Below the pieces are notes generated by a model. The model worked only from the letters and a program-made list of their open reading frames with translations, had not been told where the DNA came from and made no database searches. Below, in pieces: positions 36,076 to 50,298 of a stretch of 60,000 nt of DNA; position 1 is the stretch's first letter, and every line of letters starts with the position of its first letter. Position numbers and translations under genes: made by a program. The stretch is from positions 17,548,001 through 17,608,000 of the forward strand of contig CM052818.1 of the NCBI GenBank assembly GCA_028534125.1, written 5' to 3'. Source of the stretch: Lama glama. Taxonomy: Eukaryota.

Positions 36076-38357
36076 TTTATTACCAAAAAGAGAGAGAACA
36101 TTTCATGTGGTTCAGCCTAAAACATATAGAAATTAAAAAGTGCATGACACAGGATGTAACCATTATACAGATGATAGTTATGTTTGAAAAGCACTCCTCA
36201 GTTGTGATGTATAAATTAAAGCATCTTTCCTACCTTTAAAGATATTTTCTCTGTCCTTGAAAAAATAGCTCTGAACTGATGTTTCTAAATCAGTCAATTG
36301 TGTGGCATCTACTGAGCTGAATTTGCTACTGAATGTGTTCTCCACAGGGAGGCAGCACCGCTCCCCAAGAACAAGTGCGTGGGAAGGTGTAGGGGGCTGG
36401 AAATGATTCCAGGAGAGGGCTGTCGTTGGCATTTAGTGGGAGAGGGCCACAGACACTAAATCCACGGCGTAATGAAGACCTGTCTGCCGATTCCCAGATC
36501 CTGCACTGTTTTACTCAGCCTCCCACCACCACCATCACCACAATCTCAAATTACCGTTGAGTGAGCAGTCCAAAAATGTCCTATACCTGTTTCCTGGCTG
36601 TTCTCAGACAGAAGCTTATTCACCATATGGTACTAAATATTGCAAATATGACTTCTATATCTGTCCTCGATAACACGTCTTGATTAAGGAGCTTAAAAAT
36701 TCATGATATACTCCTTTTTCAACTTGGGTATGAAAAACATCAAGTACTTCCAGCTGTGAGTTACACTAAATTGGGTTTATAATTCTTGATATAATTTCTT
36801 TTGATATCACATTTATTAGCATGGGAGAAATAGGATGACTCGACTCTTTGTCTGATTAATATGTGGCAGTCACTTCAGCAGGTATTTTCTCAGAAAGAAC
36901 TGGTGAGGTTGACACCCTCTCTGATATTCCTATTCTCAGTTGTAGGACAAAGAAATATCTTTTTATTTATTTAGTTAATGCCTATGTAGCAAGACTATAA
37001 CCTTGTTTTCTTGTCTTTGTTTTGATCAGTACAAAGAATTATTTGTACCATAATATTTTCAAATACTTGGATATGTTAGTATTATTGACTTATTCCTGTT
37101 TAACATGTAGTAATTATTTTCTCTGAGGAGGGGGAGGGGAGGGCAAGTCACCTGGAAAAAAAGGTAACTGTGTGTGTATATGATTGTTTATGCATGTGTG
37201 TTAACAGTGTATTTGTTTTCCTTTCTTGATAAATGTAAAACAGTAAGCTTTGTTTACTAAAATAGTAAGTCAAGATTAAATTTAAATCTCTATGATAATT
37301 TCTTAAATTTTTATTGAGTGCCCATATTAGATTTTCTTAGCTGTTGGCACCACTGCAAAATTTCCCAACAAGAATCATATGTTGACATCATTAGGTTGGA
37401 ACCACGAGGGAAGGTTTAGCTAATTCATCTGCCTTTAAACAGCACTTACCAGACAGCTTTCACTGTCTTCTCATCATCACTGTGCTCTTTATGTAAGATC
37501 TCAAGCAGGCAAACAACACCAGCATTAACCAATAGTTTCTGCAGTTAGTATAGGAAATGATAATCAAAACAAAATAACATAGCAGTGTATATTTTTATTT
37601 ATCTATTATTTATTTTCGACTGTGGTATATCCTGCAAATCCGCAATACATTTATTTAAAATTATGAATTAGCAAATATGATTTGAGTATGTAACATATAA
37701 AATGCACTTTGTGCTGTATTCTTGAGGATGTGGAGGTGACGTACTTAGAGATACAGAGTTGCATAATAAGAACCAACCATTTCTCAAGATGTGTAGATTA
37801 TTAATGAATCCATATATGTTATAAAGTGCCCTAAGTCAACAACAGCAAAGCTTTTTGTATACATCACAGATGTCCAGTCTATTATAAACAGCATCATTGA
37901 TGCAACTGAAACTCTGAAGCAAATTGAGAGGAAGAAAGATATTTTTAGTCTTTTTTTTTTAATAAGCATATTGAAGCAACACACTTTTATTATTTCTTAT
38001 GTCCTGAGTGTTGGCAGTGTGCTAGACAGTACCCTGTTTCTGGAATTAGCCACATTGTGTGGAAAGCTTCTTCTAAAATAAATGTTATCATCTAGCCTCT
38101 AGGTTTGCTGGGGTCGGTGGTGGCACCAGCCCCCTTTGTCCTCTTTGAGGATTTCCCTAGTCAAGAGGGATCTGGAGACCCCCTGAGAAGCATGTGGGGG
38201 AGCTGAATCATCTACATCTTTACCTGGAATAAATACTGTGCTATTGGTGAAGCCTGAATACTGTTTGGTACATGTGTAAACTCAATGTTGAACTAGTGTA
38301 TAGAGTAAAATATGAGCCAATAATAATAGGAACTTTAAAATAATGTTCATCGTGGTG

Positions 38358-38440
38358 GGGAGGGAAATAGTGTGGTGTTAGAGTGCATGCTTAGCATATA
38401 CGAGGTCCTGGGTTCAGTGCCTCCATTTAAGAAAAAAAAT
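38358..38440 (+). mobile_element. tRNA-derived SINE, Vic-1-like, diverged short copy
   Basis: ggggaggg...tagagtgcatgcttagcatatacgaggtcctgggttca plus A tail; degenerate TSD atgttcatcgtggtg / atgtttatcatgatg. Confidence 0.8.
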
Positions 38441-41400
38441 CATGTTTATCATGATGACAGATTATTTGGGAGTATCAGCTAAATTTGCACAGACAAACCT
38501 CTTAGCATAGCATCTGGCACCCACTAGGTGGTCATTTTTTCCTTCCTTGGTGTCCTTGTTCCCATTCTGCCACCACTCTTTTTCCTTCTCCTTGTTCATT
38601 TTTCTTCTTCTTCTTCTTCCTTTCATGTGTTAGACCCTGTTGTAGGCATAAGAGACTACATGAGGCATGATGACCCAAATCTCAAATAAGGAAAATGGGC
38701 CTGAATTTGCTCAACACTACCCAAGGGCTGGGTAACAAATAGATTTGACTATAGATTCCCCAAGATCTGTCACAGGCTAGCCACATGAGCCTCTGTCTGC
38801 TGCACCATGTTAAGCCAGCTCTTACGAGGTCTTCACTAAATGTAACCCAGCATTAAAAATTCAGCAGGAAAACTTCGGCCCTGGAACACCTGAGAGAAAC
38901 TTGTTTTCATATTTTCTACACCTCTCAGCTTACCTCTACAGTAACTATCCCCGAATATGTATCAAAAGATTGTGTGCACATCGAAGTTACAGTATAAGGG
39001 CTTGTGTCCATGGATCCAAAGGGAATATCAATTTCTTTCCATAGAAAATACTCATATTTCACTAAAGGGAGGTTCTCTGATTCTAGTGCTCATAATGCAG
39101 AAGTGAAAAGGATTCGTCAAGATTGTTTCACATTTTGTGGTGAATTTCCTGTATCTAACTTCTCCATGCACGGCATTAACTGGCCGTTAGTAATAATTCC
39201 AGACAGAGTCAACGTGGCAGCCTGTAATAACAGGGTGGAAAAGAGACATCACAGGGCAGCCAAATGGCTCACTGATTCTGTTATGAACTGTTGGCTTTCC
39301 ATGTTCCAAAGTAAGAGTTTTCATTGTAGTTTTATGTAGAGGTTTAATTACCTTTGAGACTGAAGTTATTTGTGTTTTATTTACTTGCCTCATTGTCTTC
39401 TATAATCTTGTCATTGGGAGTTTGCATTCCACATTATTTGGAAATTTGATTCATAAAAGAAAAAAAAGCATGTGTAAAGCACCTGCTCTGACATTTACCA
39501 TTGGTCTGCGAGCAATAGTGGACAAAATGCAACTTCCCATTTTCAGTCTTTGCAATGCTGCCCCTTCTGCCAGTGATGTTTCTGTTTCCTTCTTTCCTGT
39601 GCTGCAGCTGCACCTGTGATCTTATCAATAGTAACTGTCTCCACATTTGTAAAGTTTTAAAGCTTTGCTCATGTTAATGGTATGGGGTGATTTTAGACCT
39701 TGCGTTTCACTTGAAGCTTTCCCAAACAACCCTAAGAAGAATGCATTTCTTGTTTTCAGAGCACTTTGGAGAAACAGATAAATAGACATTTAGATCAGCA
39801 GATATATAGATAGTTATTTATCTATCAGGACCCATCGCGTTTACTTCAGTTTTCTTGTGGACAAGCTCATGAAAGTCAAGACCTATGGACCACGTTAACC
39901 TGTGCTTGCTTAGCACCTGAGGTGGTGCGGACACTTAGTAAACAGTTTTTGCTTATAAATTATGAACACACAAAGTACATCTCCCAATGCTGACTTAAAT
40001 TCTGCGTGTTGCCTCATCTTGAATTTTCCTGGACTGAGAATATTTGCAGAGAATAATGATGGTACATGTAAGAAGAGAATAAAACAATGAATTCCCTTCA
40101 TATGCAGAGTAGAGACACAGTTTTAAGACAGAGGTTGTTGCTGTTGTTTTTAATTACATGTGTTCTCATTTAAGAGAAAGATGTGAATGTGATGTGCAGG
40201 AAGTAAGCTCTCATTTCAGTTTGTGTTACTGACATTACTGTAAGTTCAGGAAGGAAGCTCCAGTAGCTGTCCCTAAGGCGGAAAGGACAAGGGCATGAAG
40301 CAGCATCACTGTGACCGACAGGTTACAGATGACAGTGGGTGTTACATACTTCTCCGGAGGTTTAGCTGAGTCCCATCACTTTTGGGTCATGCTGGTTTAC
40401 CTCGCTGGGGGAGGGGCAGTGCTAATGCTCCCCTCTTCGGAGGAATCATTTGTCACTGGTATGGTCTAGAATTGCTGATGTACTGCAAAATTAAAACAGC
40501 AGGCTGACTTTGAGCAAGACTTATTATTGTTTTTAAATTGTCTACAGCAAAGCACCCCCTATTGTCTGCACTAGAAGCTGACCTCTCCAACAGTTAAATT
40601 GCTAACATTCGCTTCAGAATTGCCCTTAGGAGTTGGGACCATTTTGAAGAGTCAGGAACTCACATTTTCAGATAGTTTGTATGATTTTTTTTTAATATCT
40701 CTATAGCAAATTTCATTAAGCTGAATAAACAGGTGAAACTATCTAGAAGAACATTGAGGAAGCGTCATAATATGAGGCTCAGTACAGACCTATCTTGCAC
40801 CAAAGACTCTTGACAAGACTTCAAGAAAAGCTTGCCAAAGGCTCGATATTTAGGTGTTGACTATTGTGGGAAAACAGATAGAACTGGGGAAAATGTTTAA
40901 TGTTTTAAAAAGATAGTCATTTCTGAGTTTAAGCATGCAAAAGCTGTGATTATTTTCATTGGCAATTTAAAATGAGAACCGAGTACAAAGAACTAGAGAA
41001 TTAAAAGAATAGATTAGAGGGACATGCTGGCATAACACTAATTGGACACGAAGACTTAAATGAAGTTTGGGGAGTGGAGTGAATTCCTGATGATGGACAA
41101 ATCTAGACAAAGCCTAGGGAATGTGAAAGGAATTTATTCTTGCTGTGTGGGTTATTTGAAAATACAATATATTTAAATGGGTGGTACCTCAAATTGCAAG
41201 TAATAACATTAATTATAACCTGCTCTTTTTCACCAGTTCTGAGGGTAATAGCAGGATGCTGGCAAAATTTACTTTGATATTTTGTTGTATGTATGCAAAA
41301 CAAGTGGGAATAATTGTTAACTTATTTTCATTAAGATAAGACATGCACATGAAAAATAAGTCAATATGATTTAGAAGGTGATGTATGTAAAGAGCAGCAG

Positions 41401-42484
41401 CCCCCCATCCAACCCCCCTCCACCCCAGTCTTATTCCCCAGGGATGGTATCTTTTCACAATTCTTTTGATAGTGAGTTCCATCTCTCTAAATAATATGCT
41501 TACACTTGCATTTATTTATCCCTTTTATATATTTGTGCAGTCTCCAGAATGAAAACAGAAGATTAGTTCCTAGCTTTAATCCCCTCATTTTCCTCGTCTT
41601 CTTCTCCTCTGAATTTTTTATAGAGAGTAGTTTTTTTGTCACTTTAAACATTGCTATTTCTTATTTCATTAATTTTCAACAGTATCTCTTGAGTATCCAT
41701 ATTAGTTAGATAAAGATATGGTACCTGCCTGCGTTTTGAGCATCCCTAGATCTCACCATCTCTTTATATTTCCAGAGATGTTAACTAGAACATACTGTTT
41801 GACAACCACAACCAAATCTTACATATTTTATCTGTGAGGAATATGAAGTGGAGAAATAATCAAGCACATTAAAATGACCATTACTGTGTAAACATCGTCC
41901 AATGCCAGGTTCAGTTATTTTCTTATGGGTCCAGTATTATATGACCTGGACTGCTCAAAGGAGAATTTTCTCAGGATCAAGGTCGAATGCATTCCCTTCC
42001 ATCCTATCAGTTGCTTACAGTCAGGGCATTTCTTTGGCTTCCTGTTTGGACTCTACTTGTCTTCCATACTTTTTCCTTCCAGGAGTTCCTCGGCATCTAT
42101 TTTTCTTACATTGCTTTCCGTGCCTTCATTGTATTATCACTTTAAATTCCCCACCACTCTTTTGATTCTATCAAATTTTTCCTTTCCCGACCCCAGTAAT
42201 TTCCTCTCTGTGCTTTCTGTCCTGAGCACCAGTCTGTACTGGTTTTCCTAGAGTGTAACAGGAGACCCTGTTCAGGTTGAGAGTGATCAGAGTCTGTAGA
42301 CTCGTGGACTTTTCCTTGGAAACATGGAGCAGATGTCCTAATGCCAGAATGAAGAGATCATTTACAGGCCTTACCTTTCCTTGGACAATTTCTGGCTTTA
42401 ATAAAAGAACTATCTGGATTTTCATTTGTTACTTTGTTTTTGCTTTGAAGTAGAAAAGCTTCTCTGTTTTATATTTTAGGCAGT

Positions 42485-43020
42485 TATATTAACTATCTAT
42501 TCCTATGTAGCAAGTTATCCTACAATGTAGCAGCTTAAATGGACAAGCATTTATTTTCTCTAACAAGTTTTGTGGGTTAGGTGAATCTGGGTAAAGCTTA
42601 GCTGACTGTCTTTGGCTCCAGGTCTCTCATGAAGCTGGAGTCAAGGCTGTTGACCAAGCCTGCAGTCTCATTTGAAGGTTTGATTGGAGGGTGGAAATTC
42701 ACTTCCCAGTTTACTTTTGTGGCTGTTGGCAAGCCTTGTGGTCTCATATGTGGGCACAGGGCTGCTTTATGAATGCTGGCAGCCCAGCTCCCCCAGGGCA
42801 AGTGATCTTAGAGAGAGAGGTGTGGAGGGTAGAGGTTGGAGGAGGTGTGGCTCACTTAGGATGGGAGCCACAGACTTTTTATGACCTAATCTTGGAAGTG
42901 ACATTCCATCTTGGCTACAGTTGGCTAAGCCCAACCATACCCAAGGGGAGTAAATCACACAAGGGCATGAATGCCAGGACCTGAGAATCTCTGGGGACCA
43001 TCTTAGAGCCCTTTGCAATG
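42485..43020 (-). mobile_element. MaLR solo LTR (MLT1F-like), within older L1/HAL1-like relics
   Basis: tagcagcttaa...catttatt...caggtctctcatga...ttttatgacctaatcttggaagtgaca...ggcatgaatgccagga. Confidence 0.8.
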
Positions 43021-44407
43021 TCAAAGAGTAAGGGGGATGCCAACTGATAGGACTTTTTTGTACATTTTCTCCTCATCTCCTTCCAGATCTTCTCCAGGTT
43101 GGCTGCCACTGCCATTTTTTCCCCTGTATCTCTCCAAACTGTATTCCAAGCTATGCCTTGTGTGGCTTACCTCACTCATCAACCCTTTTTCATCCACTTC
43201 TCGTCTTCCACTAGTGTTTGGAAATCTCTTTATTTTGCAGACTGCATTCTTTTTCTCTTCAGTGATAGGCTTTACAGACCACTTTTATTCTTCTAGCTTT
43301 TATTTTAGTGAGGCCTCAGGAGGGAGAGATGCAAAAATATTAGTATTCTCCCCCAACTTGAACAGGGCATTGGGATTGCTACCATTCCTAGAAGAAATTA
43401 AATGTTTTGATACTGCATTTAGTTACTGTGCAGAAAAGAATACCTTTTGCTTTTCAAGTAACTTTTTTTCACGTTCAAAACACAGATGAGAAGTCTTCTC
43501 TATACCCACAGTTTGTCAAGTTTTCAAATTTTAGCAGATTCTGAAATATGAGGAACACAACAGAATGTTCTTATCGCTTCTGAATTCTGAGCCTCCTGCT
43601 CTTCCCCCTCCCTCTACTAGCTTAACTTTCTGAAGCAGTTTCTACTTGTTTGTACTTTTGCATTTATACAACTGCAAAGAATCTTTTAATCTTCCCAGTG
43701 TGACGAAGTTTAGCAATAATCATTTGGACTCAAAGAGCAATCACCAAAATTCTAAATGACTCTGTGGTTGATAAGGCCTGAGTTCTTTTGCATTATTTTA
43801 TTGTCATTCATTTTTGATGGTCGGAAGTAGATAATGTGATAAGCCAGCCAAATACCCTTCATTCTCTCTAATATCTTATCTTTAATGAAATTTTGGAAAG
43901 AAATGGCCTTATATTTCTGACTTCATAATGCGCTATTCATCAATGAAGAAAAGCCAAAAATGAAAAGCCAGGTACAGTTTTGTCTTGGTATCCAATTTCA
44001 ATTTGTTCTAGAGAGTAAGAAACAGAAATATTAGAGAAATTGTAGAGTAGTGTTGGGAGGAGAAGAGGATTTTTGTTATGCCTACAGTCCAGATTTTTTT
44101 ACTTTGATTTCAAAAAACATTTGTCAATTAATTTCGATGGTAATTAGAGCAAAATCACTCCTTGCTTTGCTAAAAAGAAACACAGAGACTAACACAAATA
44201 AAAAGCAAAGGAGAGAAACATTTTACATTCAAACTTAACCATATATGACATTTAATAGCCTTGTATAGTTATCATTACCAATTTTTTTGTTTATCATGTA
44301 AAGTTAACTGTTCCTCTCTAATTAAAGAAAAATATTCTATTTATTTAATTAAGCTGAATTAAAATAAATTTTGTTCTACTCTTTTATTAAAGTTCTCCAC
44401 TTACCTT

Positions 44408-44838
44408 GTGTATAAGTTAGTTTGTGCTGTGTTGAAAAGAGCCCCAAAACTTAGTCACTAAAAACAGCAACCACTTATGTAGGTCAGGATTCTGTGACCC
44501 TGCAGTTTGGACTGGGCTCACCTGGGTGGTATCTAGTCTCAGCCCAGTTTGGCTGATCTCAGCTGGCCTAGTTCACATATTGATGGTCAGCGGCCGGGTT
44601 GGCTAGAGACTGGTTGATCCAAGATGGCTCACTTGCGACAGCTTACCTATGTTCCACGTGTGTCTTATGCTACAGAAAGCCAGGTAAATCACAGAATTCC
44701 ATGAGTGAGACTAGAACTGTGCAAAACCTCTTGAGCCCAGGCTGGGAGCATGCATAACATTGTTTCTGTTGCACTGATGAAGCCCAGATTCAAGGAGAGG
44801 AATTATAAGAATTGTGGCCAGGTTTGTAATTGATCATA
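44408..44838 (-). mobile_element. MaLR solo LTR (MLT1H-like)
   Basis: ccccaaaacttagt...aaaacagcaacca...tttggactgggctcacctggg...gcccagattcaagg...aagaattgtggcca. Confidence 0.75.
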
Positions 44839-45769
44839 ACTTAGGGAGTATGACCTGTATTAATAATTGTGCTCCAGTCCACCAAGTGATAAAATCATGT
44901 TGTCACATACATTTTTTAATAGCAGAAAGTCAAATGATGATAAACAAATGTGTACAGAGATTTGTCCAAATCTGAAAAATTTGGGTTAGCATTTCTAATA
45001 CTGGCTATTTCAATTCTACCCTCTCTCCTCTGAAGGCAGTCTCCTAGTGTGTTAGGTGGTGTTACTCATATCTTCTTGGGCATATGCAGTATCAGAACAG
45101 CTCATCTGTTCAGCTGACAGCAGGTGCTGTTTAAGTCCTGCAGTTAGCTTTCTCCCCTTCCTCCCTAGAGGTATTCATCAGTGAACTTTGATGGTCAAAG
45201 ATCACATTACTCAGAGACCACTCTAGTACAAAGTACATGAATCTGTTTGGAGATGCAGGGTATAGTTATGGATACAGGTATAAATATAAAAGTATAGATA
45301 TACCTTTTGTGTTCCTGGTTAAATAAGCTTGCCATTGTCGCTGTTTTATGTCTCCTTTACACATAAACCCACATACCTTCACATTTTCCTCAACTTTATA
45401 TATGACATTATTTTTCTCTAATTATATGCTTTGTTATTGCCATAATATTCCTTTTTTTACTCAGTTTTTCTCATTCAAGCATTTGGCTAAAAAGATGTCA
45501 AAAACCTTAAAGTCACTGTTTTTCCCCTCTGAGGATAGGAATATTATCTGAATTGCAATCTATCTCTAGAATCCTGCTTCTAATTCATCTTGACATGCCT
45601 ATAAAATCTGCTGAAACATGAGGCAGAAATTAACAGCATGCTTTATTTCTCAATCTAAAAACATTTTAAGAATCAGAAAAGAACATTCCCCCTTTGAGTA
45701 TGTGGGTGAAGAGAGTGGAACTCTACTCTGTGTGGGAAGGAAAATCCAGGTAGTTGGAATTAGGAAACA

Positions 45770-46135
45770 TGCCCTAGGGAGTGAATGTTTATGTTCCTCC
45801 GAAATTCACATGCTGAAACTTACCCTCCGAGTGATGGCGTTAGGAGGTGGAGCCTTTGGAAGGTAATTAGGATCAGATGAGGTCATGAGGGTGGGGCCCT
45901 CATGAATGAGGTTCCTGCCCATGTAAGAGAGAACTTGCTTCCTCTCTCAGCTCTCCTCTCTGTGAGGATAATACTATAAGTCAACAGTTTGAAACACAGA
46001 AGGAGGTCCTCACCAGAACGCAACTCCTCTGGTCTGAGACTTCTAGCCTCCTGAACGGTAGGAAATAAATGCCCATTGTTTATGACTCATCTAGATTACG
46101 GTACTTTGTTATGGCAGCCTGAACTGAATAAAATA
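45770..46135 (+). mobile_element. MaLR solo LTR (MLT1A-like), sense orientation
   Basis: tgaatgtttatgttcctccgaaattcacatgctgaaa...taggaggtggagcctttggaaggtaattagg...gaaataaat...tttgttatggcagcctgaactga. Confidence 0.9.
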
Positions 46136-46227
46136 ATATGAAATCTTGATTCAAGTGGTATGAACTCTTAGAAGAGCAGAAACACTGATACTCAAATGCA
46201 GATACCAGGGGAAAATCTCACAAAGCT

Positions 46228-46260
46228 AAAAAAAAAAAAAATATATATATATATATATAT
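46228..46260. repeat. poly(A)-(AT)n microsatellite
   Basis: Directly visible. Confidence 0.9.
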
Positions 46261-47423
46261 GTTTTGGAAATTATGCAAACTTTTGGTTTAGCTTCCCCAT
46301 GTGTAGCCTCTCTTATTGCAAATAACCAAGCTACATTGGCTTTTATTCCTTCCTGAGATGTGCAGTCAATAAAATGTTCTCATTTTAGCATCACATATCC
46401 TCATTATTGTGTGATGGGGTGGAAGAATGAAATAGAAGAAAACCATACGACTTCAATTCTATTTAAGGCATATAGAACCAAGCTTTTATTTTCAACTTAA
46501 AATAATAAATTGAAGTTCTGAATTACATTCTAATGCAGGCCAGTCATTTCTACTAAAAATCTACTCACAGACTATATATAAATTATCCAAATGGATTTTA
46601 GAATAGCAGTATTCAGATAAACCAACACAGAAAATATATTTTCAGAAAGGAAAGGGAATATGATGGAAATAATTAAGGCACAGACCTATGTGAGTATGAA
46701 CAATGCACATAACCACATTCAAATATTAGCATTATTTCATGCATTTACCAACTAAACGTGTGTGAAACATTTAGTGAAAGGCACCATTCTAGGCATTGTA
46801 GAAGCAGCAGCTAACACAATGAAGTATAAACTCTGCCCTCATGATCCTTAGATTGTAGTGAGTAGGAAAAAAATGAAGGAAATGCATAAACAAATTATAT
46901 CATCTGCTTGATAACAGTAGATCCTTTAGAAAAGAATATTAGAAAAGGAAGCTAGGTAATGACTTCATAAAAAACAACCACATGAAAGGCCTTCTTGGAC
47001 AGGCTTAGTAACTGTCAAATTTTATTTAAACTATCCAATAGTAATTAGATGATAACTGTCATTGAACCACTCATTCCAACTGTGACAACCTCAACCATGA
47101 TGTCATAGAACCTCCCTGGTAGCTCTACTCAGTGTCTATGCCAGCTTGAATTCATTTGGCCCTTACTTCTTTGTTAATAGGAAACAATATATGCACAGTA
47201 CAGTTTGCCTGCAATTTGAGTGTTTTCAAGATTTTCTGAATTTGATCCACAGAATCCAGTTAGAAAAGACTGAAGTCATTTTAAAGTTAAATCTGCTAAA
47301 GGGCAGTACTATAGTGACCAATGCCTTTACAGGAAAGCAAAAATATGTCAGATTGGAAAGAATTCAGCCTTTCTATAAAGATGATTATAATAAAATTTCA
47401 GTAAAAAATTTTGATTTCCATTC

Positions 47424-47737
47424 TGTATTAGTTTGCTGTAGCCGCTATAACAAAATGCCACAGACTAAGTGGCCTAAACTGCAGACATTTATTTTTTCAT
47501 GGTTCTAGAGGTTGGAAAGTTCAAAATCAAGGTTCCTGCTGATTTGTTTTCTGGCAAGAGCTCTCTTCCTGGCTTATAGATGGCTGCCTTCTCATTGTCT
47601 TCATGTGGTCTTTTTTTCAGGTACATGTACCTGGAGAAAAAGAGAGATCTCTTTATCTTCCCCTTCTTGTAAAGTCATTAATCCTATTGGGTTAGGGACC
47701 CACCCTTATGATCTCATTTAACCTTAATTATCTTCTG
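47424..47737 (-). mobile_element. MaLR LTR (MLT1A-like), partial
   Basis: tgtattagtttgct...ataacaaaatgccacagact...cacccttatgatctcatttaaccttaatta. Confidence 0.85.
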
Positions 47738-49399
47738 ATAAAGTTTCAGGTCAAATTTCCCATCCTCCAAAAGAACCAAAGAAAATCTTAATTTTTCTAA
47801 TTTATGTAGGAAATGAACAAGAGTATATTTATTACAAATGAACAAAAGTGTTTTTCTCTCGATCACATTTCATCAGACTTTCAGCATATGTAGAAATCAT
47901 ACCCTCCCTAATAACAATGGCTGGCTAGTCACAATGAAATAGTGTATCTGTCATTTTTATTATTCTCCAAAAGGAATTTTCAAATTGAACGGTAGATATT
48001 GTTTCTTATTGGCTCTCTTTTTAAGCTCCATATTGAATTCTTTTTAACACATTTTATCTGTTACAATGAATGATATATTTACTCTTTTTAGAATTGGGTA
48101 GGGGGCAATTATGTCTTTCATTTTATTAGAATTAGTACACTGCTAAGGAAGGACAGAGACATTCATTAAGAGCTAGCAAGACAAGGAGACATGTTCTGCA
48201 ATAAAAATGTCTCTTCTGTAAGTGGTGAATTAAAGGCTGGAAACTAGATTTATCTTTCAGTACTTCTTACTAAAAGGGTTGAACTTCCAAACAACCCCAA
48301 AATGATGCAGACATGGAGAGTCTTTTGAGACACATTTCTAGCACTTAACAGCACTTGGTCATTTTATATGATGCATTTGGATGAGGCAGATTGCATTGCT
48401 CTTCCTTGTGCATTGGTATTTTCTAAGTACACAATTTGGTATATAGAGGAGCAAGCTGACAACAGAATTGGCAAAGTGATTTTGTCCTTGCTCTTTCTGT
48501 CCTTGCTGAGTTAAAAGATTTCTAAGTTCTGTATTTTCTGGGTGTCTAAGTGGCTGTACTTTATACTAAAAAAGTAACTCAAAATCTGGCTAAGGAAATT
48601 AAATTTTTACTAATTTATACTGATAAATTCTGCATTCTAATTAAGATGGATATGGGTAAGAAAAAAAAGAAACACTTTCTACTAGTAATAAGCAGAATAA
48701 TTTAAAGAAATAGTCATTTTGGATATCCCTTTGGATTCCACTTGTGATTCATTGTGTTTATTTAAAAATATGTTAAATTCTTTAAAAGTACATCAAGATT
48801 AATAGTACAAAAATGTAACCTGCATTTGAGCCTAAGATTACATCTAAGAATCTTGGTTTTATTGCATAGATTAACGAAACTTTCCACATTAGTCATACAG
48901 ATGAGCATTAATAGCTGCCTAAGAGTCATTTGGATATTAGATTTATGTAACTTTACATTTGTTTAGTAGAAAAGATATGCTTTACATATTGGTCTATATG
49001 CTGCATCCTAAAAGAGTTCCTAAGAAAACAGTCTCACTGTAGGTGGTTTTCAAATTATGAGCCAGGAACCCCTTTCTCTCCCTCCCCAGCACTCATATGC
49101 GAAGAATTAACCGTGTGATCAATTTCCTAGAAACATGTACAAGACTTTTCTGCTGTAGAGTTTCTAGTGTCAGTGCAGGCTTTTGATAGTTAAAAAGACA
49201 CTTAGTAGGTGCTCTCCAAGTAACTGTTGAAATACCTAATAAAAATTCTCAGTGGTAATCCTCAGTAAAGCATTGAGACATGCTGTGGCTAGTTAGTGCT
49301 AACTAATAAAGTGTATGCAGTTTTTTTATTCTAAGCTATAAACACTGCCAAACCAATATCTGAGCTACACTTTACAGCATATCTCAAGTTTTATGTTAT

Positions 49400-49957
49400 C
49401 TGTGAATGTTTCCCATCAAAGTAAAATATCGTACAGAGGTTTACCAACCAAGCAGGAAGATTTTATTCATGACTGTTGGCAATATGCGGGAGAGAGACTG
49501 AATTCAGCTCCACTGGATCAAAGAGCTGACCAGCTTTAAAGAGCTGAGGTAGAGGATCAGAGGTCACCTGTGTTTGCTATTTGGCCTTACTCAAAGGGAC
49601 AGTAGACTTTCTTGTTACTTCACGACAGGAGACAGTTTTACAACCTGGAAGCTGATGTTCCCCTGAGTTAGGCTTCTATCCTCCCATAAAGACTGGGAGT
49701 TAGGGATGCTCTTTTTCTTGATAATCATCTTTTAAAGGGATGGCTCTTGGGCCCTTGAGAAAGACATTCCCTAAGTCATAAAACTGGCAAGAGTCTTTTA
49801 AGGAGATTTGTATACATTTTAAAAGGGGCAGAGCAAGAAGATATAATTATGTTTTTCTGAAGTAAATGTTCTAAGAAAAGGGAAGTCAGGGCCTATAATC
49901 AGGATAGTTTCTTGCTGAGGGAAGTCAAGCTGAAAGAAACTCTGAGTGTCTTGGTCA
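49400..49957 (-). mobile_element. ERV1 solo LTR (MER67/MER31 group)
   Basis: Minus strand starts TGACCAAGACA...cagcttgact...tataggccctgacttcccttttcttagaacatttact; AATAAA on minus near 49463; left boundary approximate. Confidence 0.75.
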
Positions 49958-50084
49958 TTCTTTAACTCTTCCCAGCGAAGGGACCCTCTTTCTTTCCCCA
50001 AATCCTATAGCCTCTTTTATCTTTCCCACACTCTTGGTGCAGTTACCCAGACTGGTTAAACGCTAGATTGCATGTGTGTCTTTG

Positions 50085-50295
50085 GAGCATTTATGGCATG
50101 GTGCCAAGTATTTGTATGCATTTTCTCATTTAAACTTCACAATAATATTTTGAAGGAGATATTCCTGTAAGCTCCATTCAGGAGTCCTGTGGCTTATTAA
50201 GGGTAGAGCTGAGAAATTCCCCTGAGTCACACAGCTAAGTGATAGATCCTACACTTAAATCTCTGCAAACTAAATATAGAACCCAGTGTATCTTC
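50085..50295 (-). mobile_element. MIR SINE
   Basis: gagcatttatgg...gtgccaag...tctcatttaaacttcacaataa...gtcacacagctaagtg. Confidence 0.6.
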
Positions 50296-50298
50296 CAC

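Noticed and set aside
43013..43489. 158-aa ORF
   Set aside because: Phe/Ser/Leu-rich translation of pyrimidine-rich antisense repeat relics.
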